The position numbers and the translations under genes are program-made. Shown here piece by piece: positions 62,630-63,827 of a DNA stretch of 63,827 bases (positions are counted from its first letter, which is position 1; the number at the start of each line of letters is the position of its first letter). This stretch comes from Octopus bimaculoides (taxonomy: Eukaryota). The DNA lies in the NCBI RefSeq assembly GCF_001194135.2, contig NC_068981.1, positions 173,853,195 through 173,917,021 on the forward strand, written 5' to 3'. The notes below the pieces were generated by a model. That model saw only the letters and a program-made list of their open reading frames with translations, made no database searches and was not told the DNA's origin.

Positions 62630-63050
62630 TTAATCAATCCACCAGTTTAGGATATTAAAGTCCTTCCATAAATTATTGCAGTCATCGATATTCTTGAATG
62701 CTTTTGATATTTTATTATTATCAGCACAGCTAGTGAGAATAGCTGTGATAATAAAGTGCGTTGTTGCAAACAGTAATGACACCAACACAGTTTCATGAAT
62801 TATTCTACTCAAATTTGTTGACTTTTGAAAGGATATCATTATCGACAACAACTTCACTTCTATTCATTAAGATGTCAAATAACACTGTCCTAGTTTTCCA
62901 ACAATGCCGAAATGACAATGTTTGCAACATGTCCAATGACTAACTTCATTGGAAGTCTTTACAATGTCAAGGTATATCACATCTACATATGACTGGTGGA
63001 GCAGCTTGCAGCTTCTACTTGGAGGGAAACTGCGCAAGGATTTACCAAAT
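62630..63050 (-). mobile_element. Decayed CR1/L2-type RT fragment
   Basis: F.PSRSC..LL...VDVIYLD..K...V.H...FGIVGKL and (F)ADxxKI...D...L..D...L.WW across frames. Confidence 0.6.
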
Positions 63051-63489
63051 AATCTTATCAGTTTCTCATGCATTATTTATTTCCTGATCATGTTGATAAT
63101 TTTTTAATATATTTTATATTGGGTTTGGTGAAATAGGCCAAGCACAGGTTTATTACACTTCTCACAGCAAGAATGACATGGTATTACTTGTGCAATTCCA
63201 TGTGGAATAAATACCTCACCACATTACACAGGATATTTATATTCAAAAGCACTAGATTTTCTAACTGATATATTTTGGTGAAAGATATACACATTCTTTA
63301 ACAGATTTCAGTTATTAGATTGCTGCCATGCTGATGCAATACCTTCAAGAGTTTAGGTGATTATATCAACTCCAGTACACATTTCAGTTTGGTAAATATT
63401 TTATCAAACTCTGTTTGTTGAATCACTATATTTACAGGACATAAGGAGACAAACAACATTGGTTTTCAAACCAGTGTAAACATAAACAC

Positions 63490-63635
63490 ACACACACACA
63501 CACAAACACACAGATTTATGCAGCTCCCATCTACCAAATTGCACAAGGTGTATTGGTTTGAGTAGAAGACATATGTCCAAGTGCTGTGAAGGGAGTTATA
63601 ACTAGGAACTGAAACCTCTTAGCCACACAGTCATA
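63490..63635 (-). mobile_element. tRNA/CORE-like SINE head fragment
   Basis: TCCCATCTACCAAAT...GTAGAAGACA...GAAACCTCTTAGCCACACAG. Confidence 0.55.
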
Positions 63636-63827
63636 CCAGTATCAAATGTATCATCATCATATATATTAGCCGAGGCACCTGGTATTGCCCAGGTGCTTAA
63701 CATATAGAAACATGTCTTTATGATTAAACTAAATGATTTAACTAATAGAAAATTGCTATTTAGTTCTTTTAGTATAAAATCCTTTTGACAATTGAAGCTA
63801 TAGAATATCAATGTTTGTGTACATATA

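Noticed and set aside
63120-63425. Cys/His-rich reading frame on the minus strand
   Set aside because: It is interrupted by stops in every frame and has no convincing splice sites or family match.

Overview
AT-rich, intron-rich animal genomic DNA. The repeat complement looks like an octopus/coleoid cephalopod (inference). There are four gapped N runs: 18331-19107, 26018-26032, 40818-41810 and 43909-44278. Four protein genes can be reconstructed by hand with consistent splice phases. (1) The last five coding exons of the PRP4 kinase PRPF4B (+, 1638-8725). (2) SURF1 (-, stop at 10654; eight firm exons up to 25529; first exon probably at ~31.9 kb), which is largely invisible in the ORF track. 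(3) A complete four-exon PFDN6 (+, 32068-38147, 126 aa), head-to-head with SURF1 across only 112 bp. (4) A C2H2 zinc-finger gene with 11 fingers in a ~4-kb coding exon (+, 54233-58213). Two phase-compatible exons of an unidentified convergent gene may lie at 60154-62230 (-). The rest is mostly mobile-element debris: tRNA-derived SINEs, RTE, R4/Dong-like, CRE-like and CR1-like LINE fragments, a full-length decayed DD41D Tc1/mariner, and piggyBac-, hAT-, pogo- and Merlin-type MITEs. The most striking object is in the last PRPF4B intron (8021-8412): a tRNA-like Pol III head flanked by ~150-bp inverted arms, each carrying a minimal type-I hammerhead ribozyme motif of the kind found in Penelope-like elements. 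This suggests a ribozyme-bearing, Penelope-mobilised SINE. An older decayed copy is at ~20.7-21.0 kb. All alignments were done by eye; no searches were run.
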